A DNA stretch of 63,274 nt, the filler included. It is 5 parts of 5 records of this genome, joined end to end, with 100 filler letters (N's around TTAATTAATTAA, not from the genome) between each part and the next. Parts side by side here need not be neighbours in the genome. Positions count along the whole stretch, not along the records: positions 27,671 to 57,870 come from SRR31156797_4064; 4 more parts are not named here. One strand, written 5' to 3'. A program made the translations under genes and the position numbers. The notes beneath the pieces were generated by a model. It was not told the DNA's origin. It made no database searches and was given only the letters and a program-made list of their open reading frames with translations. Position 1 is the first letter of the stretch; each line of letters opens with the position of its first letter. Shown piece by piece: positions 30,667-40,682 of this stretch.

Positions 30667-32076
30667 TCAGTTATTTGCCAGCCGCTTATATAATTTTGGA
30701 GAATATACAGTATTGTCTGCTAAGTTTAACACACCTGCTAATGCATAAATCATATTCACATACCAGAACTGACCGACTGGTGTAATTTTGAGCACATTAG
30801 AATCGATAACAGCCATGCCTCTCATCACCCACGAACTCACAAGCGGGTCGAAAAGCGACATAAGATCCGTCTCTGCCAGCTTATTAATCTGATCAAACCG
30901 AAGATATCCTGAACTCATGTGACTGATAATAGTGTTTAAGATTTCCAGATTATTAACAGTTTTGCACATAGATTCTAAAGGCTTGATCCCGGCGTTTGCC
31001 ATCTTGATATATGTCTCGACATCTGAGTGGTTACGGTAGTGATATCTCTTCGTTCTACCCTCTGCTCCTGCTCCGAAAGCGTGAACCACGCTCCCCTCTT
31101 TCGAGAGCATTTTATACAGATTCCGGTCTCTGGTACCCTTGCTCCAGTGCCCGACAATCGGCTGATGGTAGCCAAGATTGTTCATTATCCGGTAACCTTT
31201 AATATGATAGATAGATTGTTCAGCTATAGAGGATGGTTTTTCTGTTTTCAACTTATCAAAATATTTATCTGAGCTATTAAGATGATAGAAAGAGACGCCG
31301 TCTACATTCAACCTGTCAGCATGGAGGATATCACTTATAAAACCGGACTCAGTCTGATACGGGAGCCCGTACATCAGATCGATGGAAACTGCTGTGCTGT
31401 TATGCTTTTTCAGCTCCTCTATTTTAGCTGTAACCATGTCGCCGTCGTCGATCCTGCCAACAGAGTGCCTTACCCTTGTATCAAACGACTGAGCCTCAAG
31501 AGAAAATCGGTTAATACCGTTTTCAAGACAGATATCTATCTTCTCCGCATCAAACTCAAAAGTTCGCGCTTCAAGGGTAAACTCGCAGTCGTTTGTCATA
31601 GGGATATATTCGTTGACGGTCTCAAGCAGACGATCGATCTGCCCTTTGTTTAAGGCAGCAGGGGTTCCGCCTCCGATATAAACAGCGTTAATCTCACTGT
31701 TCAGAATGAGCGGAAGTGACATACTCCCCTTTATCTCTTTAATGAGAGCTTCACAATAAGCTTCCATAAGGGAATCATCTGCATAGTTGTTGAAAGTGTC
31801 GCAGTGGTCACATCTTGTCTGGCAAAAAGGGATACTGATATAAGCAATTTTATTACCGTAAGAGTTAGCAGAGGCTTCATTCATCCAGAGATGCAGATTC
31901 TCTTTAGTGTCAACAGGTCCACCCGTCAGGCTGACAGAGGACATACCCTGCCTGTTATATCCGGCAGTCAGCGGATCCTTGTCCTCATTGCCGAATATTT
32001 CGACTCTGTCACTTTCGTTAAGATGCTCATGCCAATCCAGATCCATAAGTAACCCCGTTATATCTACGATATACAC
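30667..32076 (-). CDS. HutW/ChuW-like HemN-family radical SAM protein (anaerobic heme degradation-like)
   Basis: YISIPFCQTRCDHC (CxxxCxxC), YIGGGTP, NDCEFTLEAR, DLMYGLPYQT, HW..TRDRNLY..GAGA, GQFWYVN. Confidence 0.78.
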   Translation of the reverse strand: MYIVDITGLLMDLDWHEHLNESDRVEIFGNEDKDPLTAGYNRQGMSSVSLTGGPVDTKENLHLWMNEASANSYGNKIAYISIPFCQTRCDHCDTFNNYADDSLMEAYCEALIKEIKGSMSLPLILNSEINAVYIGGGTPAALNKGQIDRLLETVNEYIPMTNDCEFTLEARTFEFDAEKIDICLENGINRFSLEAQSFDTRVRHSVGRIDDGDMVTAKIEELKKHNSTAVSIDLMYGLPYQTESGFISDILHADRLNVDGVSFYHLNSSDKYFDKLKTEKPSSIAEQSIYHIKGYRIMNNLGYHQPIVGHWSKGTRDRNLYKMLSKEGSVVHAFGAGAEGRTKRYHYRNHSDVETYIKMANAGIKPLESMCKTVNNLEILNTIISHMSSGYLRFDQINKLAETDLMSLFDPLVSSWVMRGMAVIDSNVLKITPVGQFWYVNMIYALAGVLNLADNTVYSPKLYKRLANN

Positions 32077-32199
32077 ATTTTATGCTATGAGAGATGCCTC
32101 TAACTTTTCAAACTAGGAGTGATGCTATTAACTATGGCAATTCAAAAAGGAGAATTAATCACTGAAACACCCCTCACAGCAATACATTAAATTTAAAGA

Positions 32200-32706
32200 T
32201 TAAGCGAAAGAACCGATAATGCTGTCTACCCATTCGGATATGCGGGCTTCACTCATATTATCCTGATTGTCTTCATCAAGCACAAGACCTACAAACTCGC
32301 CATCGACAACACCTTTCGAATCATCAAATTCGTAGCCGTCAACGGACCATTTGCCAACAACCTTAGCTCCGGAAACAGACTCGTAAATCAAGCCTATCCC
32401 GTCAACAAAAGTCTCCGGATAACCATACTGGTCGCCAGTACCGAATATGGCGATTGTTTTACCGTTAAAGTCCGTATCGTTCACAACTTCAACAAAATCA
32501 ATCCAGTCATCCTGAAGATCGCCCATGCCCCATGTAGAAGTACCGAAAATGATATTATCATAAGAGCCGAGGTCATCCTTTGAAGCACTTGATACATCCT
32601 TGAGCTCAACCTCTGCGCCCTTTGCCTCAAGAGCACTCTTTATAGAGCCGGCAACACCTTCTGTAGTTCCGCTGTTGGAACCGTAAAAAATACCTATCTT
32701 ACTCAT
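32200..32706 (-). CDS. fldA: Long-chain flavodoxin
   Basis: IFYGSNSGTT, GTSTWGMGDLQDDW, FGTGDQYGY.ETFVDG, FVGLVLDEDNQ. Confidence 0.95.
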   Translation of the reverse strand: MSKIGIFYGSNSGTTEGVAGSIKSALEAKGAEVELKDVSSASKDDLGSYDNIIFGTSTWGMGDLQDDWIDFVEVVNDTDFNGKTIAIFGTGDQYGYPETFVDGIGLIYESVSGAKVVGKWSVDGYEFDDSKGVVDGEFVGLVLDEDNQDNMSEARISEWVDSIIGSFA

Positions 32707-32771
32707 GTAATTCTCTCCTATTAAATAATCATATTTAATCTAAGCAGGACCATCACAGGGAACTCTAATTG

Positions 32772-33140
32772 CTAAACAAGCATAAGTTCAGGAGAGTGGA
32801 CCTTGCTGAGATAACGCTCACACTGCTTGGAAACATCATACCCGAGAAGGGTTCCCAAAATGAAATCCTCCTTCTCGTCAAAATCATTAAGTCTCAGCCT
32901 GCTGAAACTCTCTACAATCCGGATGCAAAAACAATCGCCAAAAAAGATATTGATCTTATCAGCAGAAGCGGGAATACACAGATAGCTGATACCGCATTTC
33001 TCCAGCTTTCCGATACAGTAGGCGCACTCCTCTTCGCTACAGGAGTACATAACCATCTTCCTGACGCCTTTTTTGTATTCATAAAGCATATGGGCAAACA
33101 GCCTCATGTCCCTTTTCGCCACTAGTTCCCTCTTTTGCAT
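32772..33140 (-). CDS. DUF2023 family protein
   Basis: HMLYEYKKGVRKM..INIFFG..EDFILGTLLGYD..QCERY. Confidence 0.85.
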   Translation of the reverse strand: MQKRELVAKRDMRLFAHMLYEYKKGVRKMVMYSCSEEECAYCIGKLEKCGISYLCIPASADKINIFFGDCFCIRIVESFSRLRLNDFDEKEDFILGTLLGYDVSKQCERYLSKVHSPELMLV

Positions 33141-33445
33141 TTACAAAAGAAGTCGCAGTTCGCGCAATTCATGTACTCTTTCATACAGCTGCAAACCGCA
33201 TCAGGGCTCTTCTTGTCAATATAAACAATCGGGATACCGTTTTTCTTACAAACCTTCTTTGCTTTACTTGCCATATTATGACTGCAAAGCGCTGTAAGAA
33301 GAACGACACACTGAGAGCATTTAATTGACTGGTCAAAGTTACAATTAAGTTTTGTGATTATTTTCGCATTCATCCCTAAGATTTTGAATGTCTGCATATA
33401 CTCTTTTTCTCTACGGTCAAGTCCACCGATAACACTTATTCTCAT
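33122..33445 (-). CDS. DUF2325 family protein
   Basis: MRISVIGG..VVLLTALCSHNM..KKVCKKNGIPIVY; Cys-rich tail. Confidence 0.8.
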   Translation of the reverse strand: MRISVIGGLDRREKEYMQTFKILGMNAKIITKLNCNFDQSIKCSQCVVLLTALCSHNMASKAKKVCKKNGIPIVYIDKKSPDAVCSCMKEYMNCANCDFFCKCKRGN

Positions 33446-33470
33446 AATATTACTCTCTAAATATTCTATT

Positions 33471-33489
33471 GATATTGATTATCATTATT
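33471..33489. promoter_or_regulatory. Fur box upstream of the DUF2325-DUF2023-flavodoxin operon
   Basis: GATATTGATTATCATTATT, 17/19 to consensus, 25 nt from the start codon. Confidence 0.88.
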
Positions 33490-33921
33490 ATTTAGCTGAG
33501 TCAAGCAATTCTGTATACAAAATACATCCACTTTTATGACAAACCAATAAAGCTCCTTACTGATAGAGACTTACGACTACACATCTATTGAGTAATTTTT
33601 TTGTCAAATCTCATGAAAACCGCACCCCTTCGTGCTGGCTTATAAACATCTAACTCAATTGAACCTCCTGAAAACGGAATCTCACGTGTACACATAACTG
33701 ACTTTATGCCGCATTAGCTACAATGCTGTGGGTATGTGATAACAGACGATTTTAATACTTACGAAAGAAGTTTTAAGCCTGCCCTCGCTATGCGCTGGAA
33801 AAACCCAGACCAACATAATGTGCCTTCAGCGTTTATGGTGGATATTTCCCTTGAATTGTTTTAAAAATAAAATAGTCTAAATAAAACTTGAGCTGATAAC
33901 GTTTCAATATGGAGACTATAA

Positions 33922-34425
33922 ATGCTGAAAAAAGGACACAGGTACATCACATCCGGAAAGGATAATGTATGGCTGATACATTCTATAACAACTGCTGTAG
34001 CTGCAACCCTGTCCCTCACAGGAGCGCTGATTCTTAATCTTGAAGAATTCTACTGGGCTCCAATCACAACTCTCATTGTTATGCAGTCCACCCTAGGCGC
34101 ATCCTGGGACACTTCTAAGCAGAGGGTGATAGGAACTATCATCGGCGTTATGATGGCTGGGCTTTTTTACGAAGCGTCCATCCCTCTACCTGTTAAGCTT
34201 GGTGCTGGGGTTTTCATAATGGGGCTCATTTGTGCTGGACTCAGAATGGTGTTGGGTGCTTTCCGTTTCGCAGGTGTGACTTACGCTATAATAATACTTC
34301 TACCTCATGCGGAAAAAGCTTGGTTGATAGGTCTTCACAGATTTATAGAAGTCGCTCTCGGCATAGCTGTTGCTCTGCTTGTAACTGCAATAGGACCTGA
34401 TCATCCAATCAGTAAAAACACCTAA
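33922..34425 (+). CDS. FUSC/aromatic acid exporter family membrane protein
   Basis: YWAPITTLIVMQ..RVIGTIIG..RFIEVALGIAVALLV. Confidence 0.85.
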   Translation: MLKKGHRYITSGKDNVWLIHSITTAVAATLSLTGALILNLEEFYWAPITTLIVMQSTLGASWDTSKQRVIGTIIGVMMAGLFYEASIPLPVKLGAGVFIMGLICAGLRMVLGAFRFAGVTYAIIILLPHAEKAWLIGLHRFIEVALGIAVALLVTAIGPDHPISKNT

Positions 34426-34484
34426 TGAAAAAAGACCCACGGTGCATGCTATAAACACCGCAGGTCGATTGGTTGAAACGCTAC

Positions 34485-34898
34485 CTACGACTCTCTGAAA
34501 AAAGTGTCGCCGGGAGTAGCCATTTGAACTTCGCTTATCGTGTCATAAGGTAGTCCGACTCTCTTATGAGCCCGCATAACAGCATCAGCATCAGGCGCCA
34601 TAGTCAGGCAAAATGCCTTGCCATCGTCATATCCTACGTGCAGACGCACAGGGATAACCCCTTCTGCATAACAAGCCTCTTTATAAAGGGCGTAAAATTT
34701 TTCGAACTCTGCCGGAGATATTTTTGCCGGAAAAGTCTCATTCTCTTTGTCGTGGGTATCAAGAAAAAATTTAAGCTGTTTCATTTTCGTCTCCTTTTGT
34801 CCTGCATAAAGTTTTGAAACCAATAGATTACCGTCGATCATCGCAGCAGCTCCAACAGCCGCCGCACCTATCACAAACTTCCTTCTGTCCTTATCCAT
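34485..34898 (-). CDS. DUF4242 (SCO4226-like) protein with Tat-like signal
   Basis: DRRKFVIG twin-arginine leader; FLDTH..GKAFCLTMAPDADAVMRAH.RVGLPYDTISEV. Confidence 0.75.
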   Translation of the reverse strand: MDKDRRKFVIGAAAVGAAAMIDGNLLVSKLYAGQKETKMKQLKFFLDTHDKENETFPAKISPAEFEKFYALYKEACYAEGVIPVRLHVGYDDGKAFCLTMAPDADAVMRAHKRVGLPYDTISEVQMATPGDTFFRES

Positions 34899-34963
34899 CT
34901 GCTGCCTCCTTAAAAGACATGTCTGATCATGGTTAAAGCTTATCCTGACAAAAAGATGTTTTC

Positions 34964-34979
34964 TGTGACCAAAGTCACG
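34964..34979. promoter_or_regulatory. Crp/Fnr-type site upstream of the DUF4242 gene
   Basis: TGTGA-CCAAAG-TCACG. Confidence 0.7.
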
Positions 34980-35003
34980 CAGTACAAAAAAAAATTGAAA
35001 AAG

Positions 35004-35675
35004 TTAGAACTGGTCTTCGATGATGATATTTTCCAGGGCTCTGTATTCAAGAATTTTGATGATGCCCCTGCTCGTTTCTATCCAGCCGCTCTGCACAAAA
35101 AGTGTCAGTATCCTCGACACAACCTCTCTGGCGGTGCCAAGGTGAAATGCGATCTCCTGATGAGTCATATTAAGCACGCCATTCTCCGGCACACGTGATA
35201 AGAGAAGGCTTGCGAGCCTGTGCTCTAGTTTAAAAAAATGCAGTTGTTCGAGCTCGCCCATAAGCCTGAAAACTGATGTTGATAAAGCCTGAACAGTTAA
35301 ATCCTGAATAGATGCTTCCGTCCTGAAGAGGCTTCTGAATGTTGACCCCGGCACAACAGCGACCTCAGTGTCAGCCTCTGTTTCAACCCACGCAGGGTAA
35401 TCGATACTCTGAAATAGGCAGTTAAGTGCTATAACACAGGTCTCGCCCGGGTCTATGCAGTATAGTGTAGCCTCTGCACCGTTAGGAGAGATGGAGTACA
35501 CCCTGAGCCTGCCGTTCACAACGATGTAAGCTCCGGCAACCTGTGAACCTTTTTGAAGAATCTGAGTAGACTTGCCTATCTTCTTCGTTACCATATCTCT
35601 TTTGAACTGATCTCTTCCCGACTTGCTTAAATCCTTAAAAACTTCCAAAGCCTCGATATTTTTCATGGCAACCAC
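35004..35675 (-). CDS. Crp/Fnr family transcriptional regulator
   Basis: cNMP-like domain (GRLRVYS..GAEATLY..PGETC) and HTH MTHQEIAFHLGTAREVVSRIL. Confidence 0.93.
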   Translation of the reverse strand: MVAMKNIEALEVFKDLSKSGRDQFKRDMVTKKIGKSTQILQKGSQVAGAYIVVNGRLRVYSISPNGAEATLYCIDPGETCVIALNCLFQSIDYPAWVETEADTEVAVVPGSTFRSLFRTEASIQDLTVQALSTSVFRLMGELEQLHFFKLEHRLASLLLSRVPENGVLNMTHQEIAFHLGTAREVVSRILTLFVQSGWIETSRGIIKILEYRALENIIIEDQF

Positions 35676-35723
35676 CCTATATACATATAATTATACCTTA
35701 TATAGGAGTTATCCTGTATTTAA

Positions 35724-35739
35724 TGTAACCAAAGTCACA
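35724..35739. promoter_or_regulatory. Crp/Fnr-type site upstream of the regulator (autoregulation)
   Basis: TGTAA-CCAAAG-TCACA; 14/16 identical to the 34964 site. Confidence 0.7.
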
Positions 35740-35807
35740 GAAGTTACCCTCGTAACAATATGTCGCATAGAGCGAGCCGGAAGATATCCTCCGACCCGCA
35801 CGTAATT

Positions 35808-36968
35808 TCATCTATTAAACTTAAAGCCAGAACCCCTTATGAGACATAAGGCTACAAACATAATCACTCCGGCAAGTAAATACATGGTCTGTTCTATTAG
35901 CCCAGCTTTGCCTGTCAAACCTATAAGAAGCGGGACGGTGAAATAACCTGCGCCCCAGAAAGTAAAATACACTCCCGAAGAAGCTCCGGCGTTACCGACC
36001 TCAGCTTTTTCGTTTAAATAAAGCATAGAAGCTATACTAAACAGCCCAAGCCCCGCCGTTAATGTCAATAACCCACCTATCAAAACATAGCCATTCCCAG
36101 CGACTATGACAGCAAGCCCACTGGAAAGGCAAAACAGAGCTGCAACCATAAATCGTCTTGCATTACCACTCTTCACTAATCTCCCAGATAATACCTGCGC
36201 CACTCCAATAGTTAAAAAACTCATGGAAAATGCAGTATTCACAATGCTGTGTTCAAGGCTCTTCTGCATAAGAAAATATGCAGGAATGATGCTGACTATT
36301 AACCCGTAACAAGCACCATAAAGCGCAATGCCTGTCAAAACCAGCTTACTGAGAGAACGTGTTATATCTGAGAGACTTTTTTCTGAGGATTTTTTAAAAC
36401 TCTTACTGACCTTAGTATGCTTAGTCATCAGCATGGATAAGCCTCCGACCGCTGAAGCTCCCGCATAGAAGATAAATGTCATATCGGTTCCATAAAAGCC
36501 AGCAATCGGTGTTGCCATAACCGGGCCTATGGTCAAACCGAAGTGGAATATAGCCGTATACCACCCCATCACTTTAGCCTTATTATTAGGATAATTCAGA
36601 GCCAGTAGAACTGGAGAGAGCGACCAGAGAGGTGCTTCACCTATCCCCTGTATAACCCTGCCTATAATCAGATGTGAGGGCGTTGATGCATAGAAATATA
36701 TCAGTCCTGATACACAGGACATCAGAAAGCCTGATAATATTATCAGTTTGAAACCAAATCTGTCTGCAAGCCTTCCAAGTGGATACTGCGACAGTATGTA
36801 AGCTAATCCGAATGCAGATGCCAGAAAACCAGTATTTGAAACTGATCCAGACAACTGCGTCATTTTAAGCGGCAGATAGGTAAAACAAATACCAAGACCG
36901 CACATAATCATAAAAATGCTGGTATTAACAGCAATTAAATTTCTTAGGTGTAACATTAGTTGCTCCAT
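35808..36968 (-). CDS. MFS transporter
   Basis: Motif A GRLADRFGFK, GRVIQGIG, about 12 hydrophobic segments. Confidence 0.9.
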   Translation of the reverse strand: MEQLMLHLRNLIAVNTSIFMIMCGLGICFTYLPLKMTQLSGSVSNTGFLASAFGLAYILSQYPLGRLADRFGFKLIILSGFLMSCVSGLIYFYASTPSHLIIGRVIQGIGEAPLWSLSPVLLALNYPNNKAKVMGWYTAIFHFGLTIGPVMATPIAGFYGTDMTFIFYAGASAVGGLSMLMTKHTKVSKSFKKSSEKSLSDITRSLSKLVLTGIALYGACYGLIVSIIPAYFLMQKSLEHSIVNTAFSMSFLTIGVAQVLSGRLVKSGNARRFMVAALFCLSSGLAVIVAGNGYVLIGGLLTLTAGLGLFSIASMLYLNEKAEVGNAGASSGVYFTFWGAGYFTVPLLIGLTGKAGLIEQTMYLLAGVIMFVALCLIRGSGFKFNR

Positions 36969-37057
36969 TGATTGAAATAATTAATCTCAGGAGTACGCTT
37001 CTCGACTGTAATTAAAAATATAGGATAAAACGTGCTCCAAGTGCCGGATTATAGAAA

Positions 37058-37117
37058 TCAGACAGTTGGAGGAGGAGGGGAAACTGTGCTTTTGGTCTGC
37101 TTAAAAAGAATATTCAT
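37058..37117 (-). CDS. Candidate 19-aa polyproline leader peptide (MNILFKQTKSTVSPPPPTV)
   Basis: ATG preceded by AAGGAAG; CCT-CCT-CCT-CCA run; ends 89 nt upstream of the MFS start. Confidence 0.3.
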   Translation of the reverse strand: MNILFKQTKSTVSPPPPTV

Positions 37118-37314
37118 TTAACTTCCTTAATATCAGTAATATATTATGCAAATAAAAACATCTATTGTCAAAGTTATTATCGGCAGGTAAATACTTTAAC
37201 AGGAGCAACAGTTCACTATCTCGCTTAATTTGAATCTATTTTATTTAATTCATTCCTTGATAATCAGGCACAAATTTCATAAATTAAATCATTACACTAA
37301 AAAGAGAGGATAAT

Positions 37315-39162
37315 ATGCCAGCATATCGTTCACATACAAGCACCAAAGGAAGAAATATGGCTGGGGCAAGAGCTTTATGGCGTGCCACAGGTATGAAAGA
37401 AGAAGACTTTGAAAGCAAACCTATCATCGCTGTAGTAAATTCATTTACTCAGTTTGTACCGGGTCACGTTCACCTGAAAGACCTAGGTCAGATGGTAGCA
37501 GAAGAGATAGAGAAAGCTGGCGGTGTAGCAAAAGAGATGAACACTATCGCCATCGACGACGGTATAGCTATGGGGCACGACGGAATGCTTTACTCACTCC
37601 CATCTAGGGAAGTTATTGCGGACTCCGTTGAATATATGGCTAACGCACACTGTGCTGACGCTCTCATCTGCATATCCAACTGTGACAAGATCACACCGGG
37701 AATGCTCATGGCTGCTATGCGCCTTAACATCCCTGCGATATTCGTATCCGGCGGTCCTATGGAGGCTGGTAAAGCTGAAGTTGGCGGTCGTTTCACTAAG
37801 CTCGACCTTGTAGATGCTATGGTTGCGGCTGTTGACGACAAAGTCTCCGATGAAGACTGCATAGTTATGGAGCGTTCCGCCTGTCCTACTTGCGGTTCAT
37901 GCTCCGGTATGTTCACTGCGAACTCTATGAACTGCCTCGCTGAAGCACTAGGCATGGCTCTCCCTGGTAACGGCTCACTCGTTGCCACACACTCTGAGCG
38001 TAAAAACCTCTTCTTAGAAGCTGGCAAACGCATAGTGGATATATGCCGTGCGTATTATGAGAATGATGATGCATCAGTTCTCCCACGTTCGATAGCTACA
38101 AAACAAACATTCGAAAACGCAATGTCACTCGACATAGCTATGGGCGGGTCTACTAACACTGTCCTCCACCTGCTGGCTATCGCACAGGAGGCTGGCGTTG
38201 ATTTCACCATGAAGGATATAGACAGACTCTCACGAATCGTTCCGCACCTTTGCAAGGTTGCACCTTCCACACAGGAATACCATATGGAAGATGTACACCG
38301 TGCGGGCGGGGTAATAGGAATCCTCGCAGAGCTTAACAGAGCTGGTCTGCTCAAGACTGACCTGCCTACTGTTCAGCAGGAGACTATCGGCGAAGTTCTC
38401 ACTAAGTGGGACGTAATGACAAGCGAATCAGCAAAAGGGAGATACTCGGCGGCTCCGGGCAATGTCCCGACCCTTGAGCCTTTCAGCCAGAATAAAACTT
38501 ACGATTCACTCGACCTCGACCGTAAGGGCGGTTGCATCAGAGATAAAGAGAGCGCATACAGCCAAGACGGCGGTCTCGCTGTTTTATACGGTAACTTCGC
38601 ACTTGATGGCTGTATAGTTAAGACTGCCGGCGTTGATGAGAGCATCCTCAAGTTCTCCGGCCCGGCTAGAATTTTTGAAAGTCAGGACGATGCTGTACAA
38701 GGCATCCTCACAGATAAGATAAACGAAGGGGATGTTGTCGTTATCCGCTACGAAGGGCCAAAAGGCGGCCCTGGTATGCAGGAGATGCTCTACCCTACAA
38801 GCTACCTTAAATCGAAAGGGCTCGGTAAAGCTTGCGCACTCATAACTGACGGGCGTTTCTCCGGCGGAACATCAGGACTATCCATCGGTCACGTATCGCC
38901 AGAGGCGGCTGAGGGCGGTAACATCGGTCTCATCGAAGAGGGAGACACTATCCATATAGACATACCTAACCGCAAGATCGAAATAGGTGTAGATGGTGCA
39001 GTGCTCGCTGAAAGAAGAAAGGCTATGGAGGCGAAAGGCGTAAAAGCTTGGAAACCTGCAAGCCGTGACAGAAAAGTTTCACAAGCTCTCAGAGCTTATG
39101 CGGCTATGACAACCAGTGCGGCGAAAGGTGCTGTAAGAGATGTCAGCCAGGTAGAAAAGTAG
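37315..39162 (+). CDS. ilvD: Dihydroxy-acid dehydratase
   Basis: [65 protein letters not shown]. Confidence 0.98.
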   Translation: MPAYRSHTSTKGRNMAGARALWRATGMKEEDFESKPIIAVVNSFTQFVPGHVHLKDLGQMVAEEIEKAGGVAKEMNTIAIDDGIAMGHDGMLYSLPSREVIADSVEYMANAHCADALICISNCDKITPGMLMAAMRLNIPAIFVSGGPMEAGKAEVGGRFTKLDLVDAMVAAVDDKVSDEDCIVMERSACPTCGSCSGMFTANSMNCLAEALGMALPGNGSLVATHSERKNLFLEAGKRIVDICRAYYENDDASVLPRSIATKQTFENAMSLDIAMGGSTNTVLHLLAIAQEAGVDFTMKDIDRLSRIVPHLCKVAPSTQEYHMEDVHRAGGVIGILAELNRAGLLKTDLPTVQQETIGEVLTKWDVMTSESAKGRYSAAPGNVPTLEPFSQNKTYDSLDLDRKGGCIRDKESAYSQDGGLAVLYGNFALDGCIVKTAGVDESILKFSGPARIFESQDDAVQGILTDKINEGDVVVIRYEGPKGGPGMQEMLYPTSYLKSKGLGKACALITDGRFSGGTSGLSIGHVSPEAAEGGNIGLIEEGDTIHIDIPNRKIEIGVDGAVLAERRKAMEAKGVKAWKPASRDRKVSQALRAYAAMTTSAAKGAVRDVSQVEK

Positions 39163-39182
39163 TAATCAACTAAACACTATAT

Positions 39183-39219
39183 AAAAAAGCCCCGGCGACC
39201 TTAGAGTTACCGGGGTTTT
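39183..39219. terminator. Bidirectional intrinsic terminator
   Basis: AAAAAAGCCCCGG..CCGGGGTTTT between convergent genes. Confidence 0.8.
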
Positions 39220-39222
39220 AAT

Positions 39223-40563
39223 TTATTTCAGTTTCTTAATAAGCTGATTTGCAGCCACCAGAAGCGGATCCCACGAAGGACCGAAAGGCGGTGCATACGC
39301 AAGGTCAGCCTGAGCAAAATCATCCACAGTAAGCTTAGCATGAAGAGCCACAGCGGCAGCGTTTATCCTGTGTGCTGCGCCATCTTTACCCGCCATCTGA
39401 GCACCTAAAAGACGACCTGTCTCCTTATCACCGACCATCGTTACCAGTAACTCTGAAGCACCCGGAAAAGCGTGCGCCCTTGTGCTTGAGGTGATCGTAA
39501 CCTCAGCCGGAGTGAAACCAGCCTCGACAGCTTCTTCGGTATTTATACCTGTTCTTGCAACCTCAAGGTCGAACACCTTAAACACTGCGGTGGACGTAAT
39601 GCCTGTCAGATGCACGCTGTTACCTGCTATGTGGTCAGCAACAGCCCACCCGCCTCTATTCGCCCTGAGAGCGAGGGGGACGAGAACCCTTTCACCTGTC
39701 ACAGAATCGAAAGCGTCAGCGCAATCGCCCGCTGAATATATATCAGAGTGGCTTGTCTGCATCGAGTGGTTAACGGCTATGCTGTTTTTAGGTCCGAGGA
39801 CTACCCCTGCATATTCTGCCAGCTGACTGTTTGGAGTTGTCCCTATGGCAACGACGACAATCTCTGTGTTGAGAACAGTATCCCCGCAGAAGACTTTCAG
39901 GTTACCATCTTTTCTCACTATGCTAGAAACCGCCATGCCGAGATGAAATTTAACACCATGCTCATGAAGCTGTTCTTCTATTTTCTCTGCTATCTCTGAG
40001 GAGAACCAAGGCTGAGTCTTAGGTGCTGCTTCCACCATTTCAACCTCGATACCTTTTGAGCGGAGGGATTCAGCCATCTCCAGACCTATATACCCCATAC
40101 CAACGATGATCGCTTTTTTCACATCATTGACAACCGCTTTCAGCTTTCTGCCGTCTTCAAGAGTTTTGAGATAAAATACACCGGGCAGGTCAAAACCCTC
40201 GCCACGGGGAACTATCGGTGAGGAACCTGTCGCAATGACAAGCTTGTCGTACTGCTGTAAAAAGCTGTTACCTTCGGCGTCCAGTCCTTTCACAAACTTA
40301 TCTTTTGTAAGTATTTCTGTTATCTCACAGTTCACTCTGAGGTCGATTTTATTCTTTTCGATAAAAACCTCAGCCCTCCTGATAACAAGGTCGTCGATAA
40401 CTCTGTTGTCATCGGATATGTTATAAGGGAGACTGCAAGCTCCATAGGAGACATCACTACTCTTTTCAAAAACAATTACTTCAGCATCCGGGCTCAATCT
40501 TTTCAGCCTGCTCGCAGCACTCATTCCCGCGGCATTTGCACCAATAATAATAACTTTCATCAT
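39223..40563 (-). CDS. CoA-disulfide reductase/NADH oxidase family flavoprotein
   Basis: IIGANAAGMSAA, redox Cys in SYGACSLPY, GMGYIGLE, YSAGDCA, DLAYAPPF. Confidence 0.92.
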   Translation of the reverse strand: MMKVIIIGANAAGMSAASRLKRLSPDAEVIVFEKSSDVSYGACSLPYNISDDNRVIDDLVIRRAEVFIEKNKIDLRVNCEITEILTKDKFVKGLDAEGNSFLQQYDKLVIATGSSPIVPRGEGFDLPGVFYLKTLEDGRKLKAVVNDVKKAIIVGMGYIGLEMAESLRSKGIEVEMVEAAPKTQPWFSSEIAEKIEEQLHEHGVKFHLGMAVSSIVRKDGNLKVFCGDTVLNTEIVVVAIGTTPNSQLAEYAGVVLGPKNSIAVNHSMQTSHSDIYSAGDCADAFDSVTGERVLVPLALRANRGGWAVADHIAGNSVHLTGITSTAVFKVFDLEVARTGINTEEAVEAGFTPAEVTITSSTRAHAFPGASELLVTMVGDKETGRLLGAQMAGKDGAAHRINAAAVALHAKLTVDDFAQADLAYAPPFGPSWDPLLVAANQLIKKLK

Positions 40564-40682
40564 ATAGCCTCCACAATATCATTCTAACTTATGTTATGGG
40601 TAATTACAGTGAAACCTTTCCGCTTTCAAACTATATATTGACTATTTCCAAGTCAGAGTTATTCTCTAAGAGGGGGTTACAA

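Noticed and set aside
30667-32076. hemN (coproporphyrinogen dehydrogenase) call
   Set aside because: Sequence features (NDCEFTLEAR, RDRNLY, GQFW) and the Fur/flavodoxin context fit HutW/ChuW better; no symbol given because hutX/hutZ are absent.
33540-33900. Possible sRNA or gene remnant in the intergenic region
   Set aside because: No recognisable RNA motif, convincing ORF or terminator could be supported by eye.
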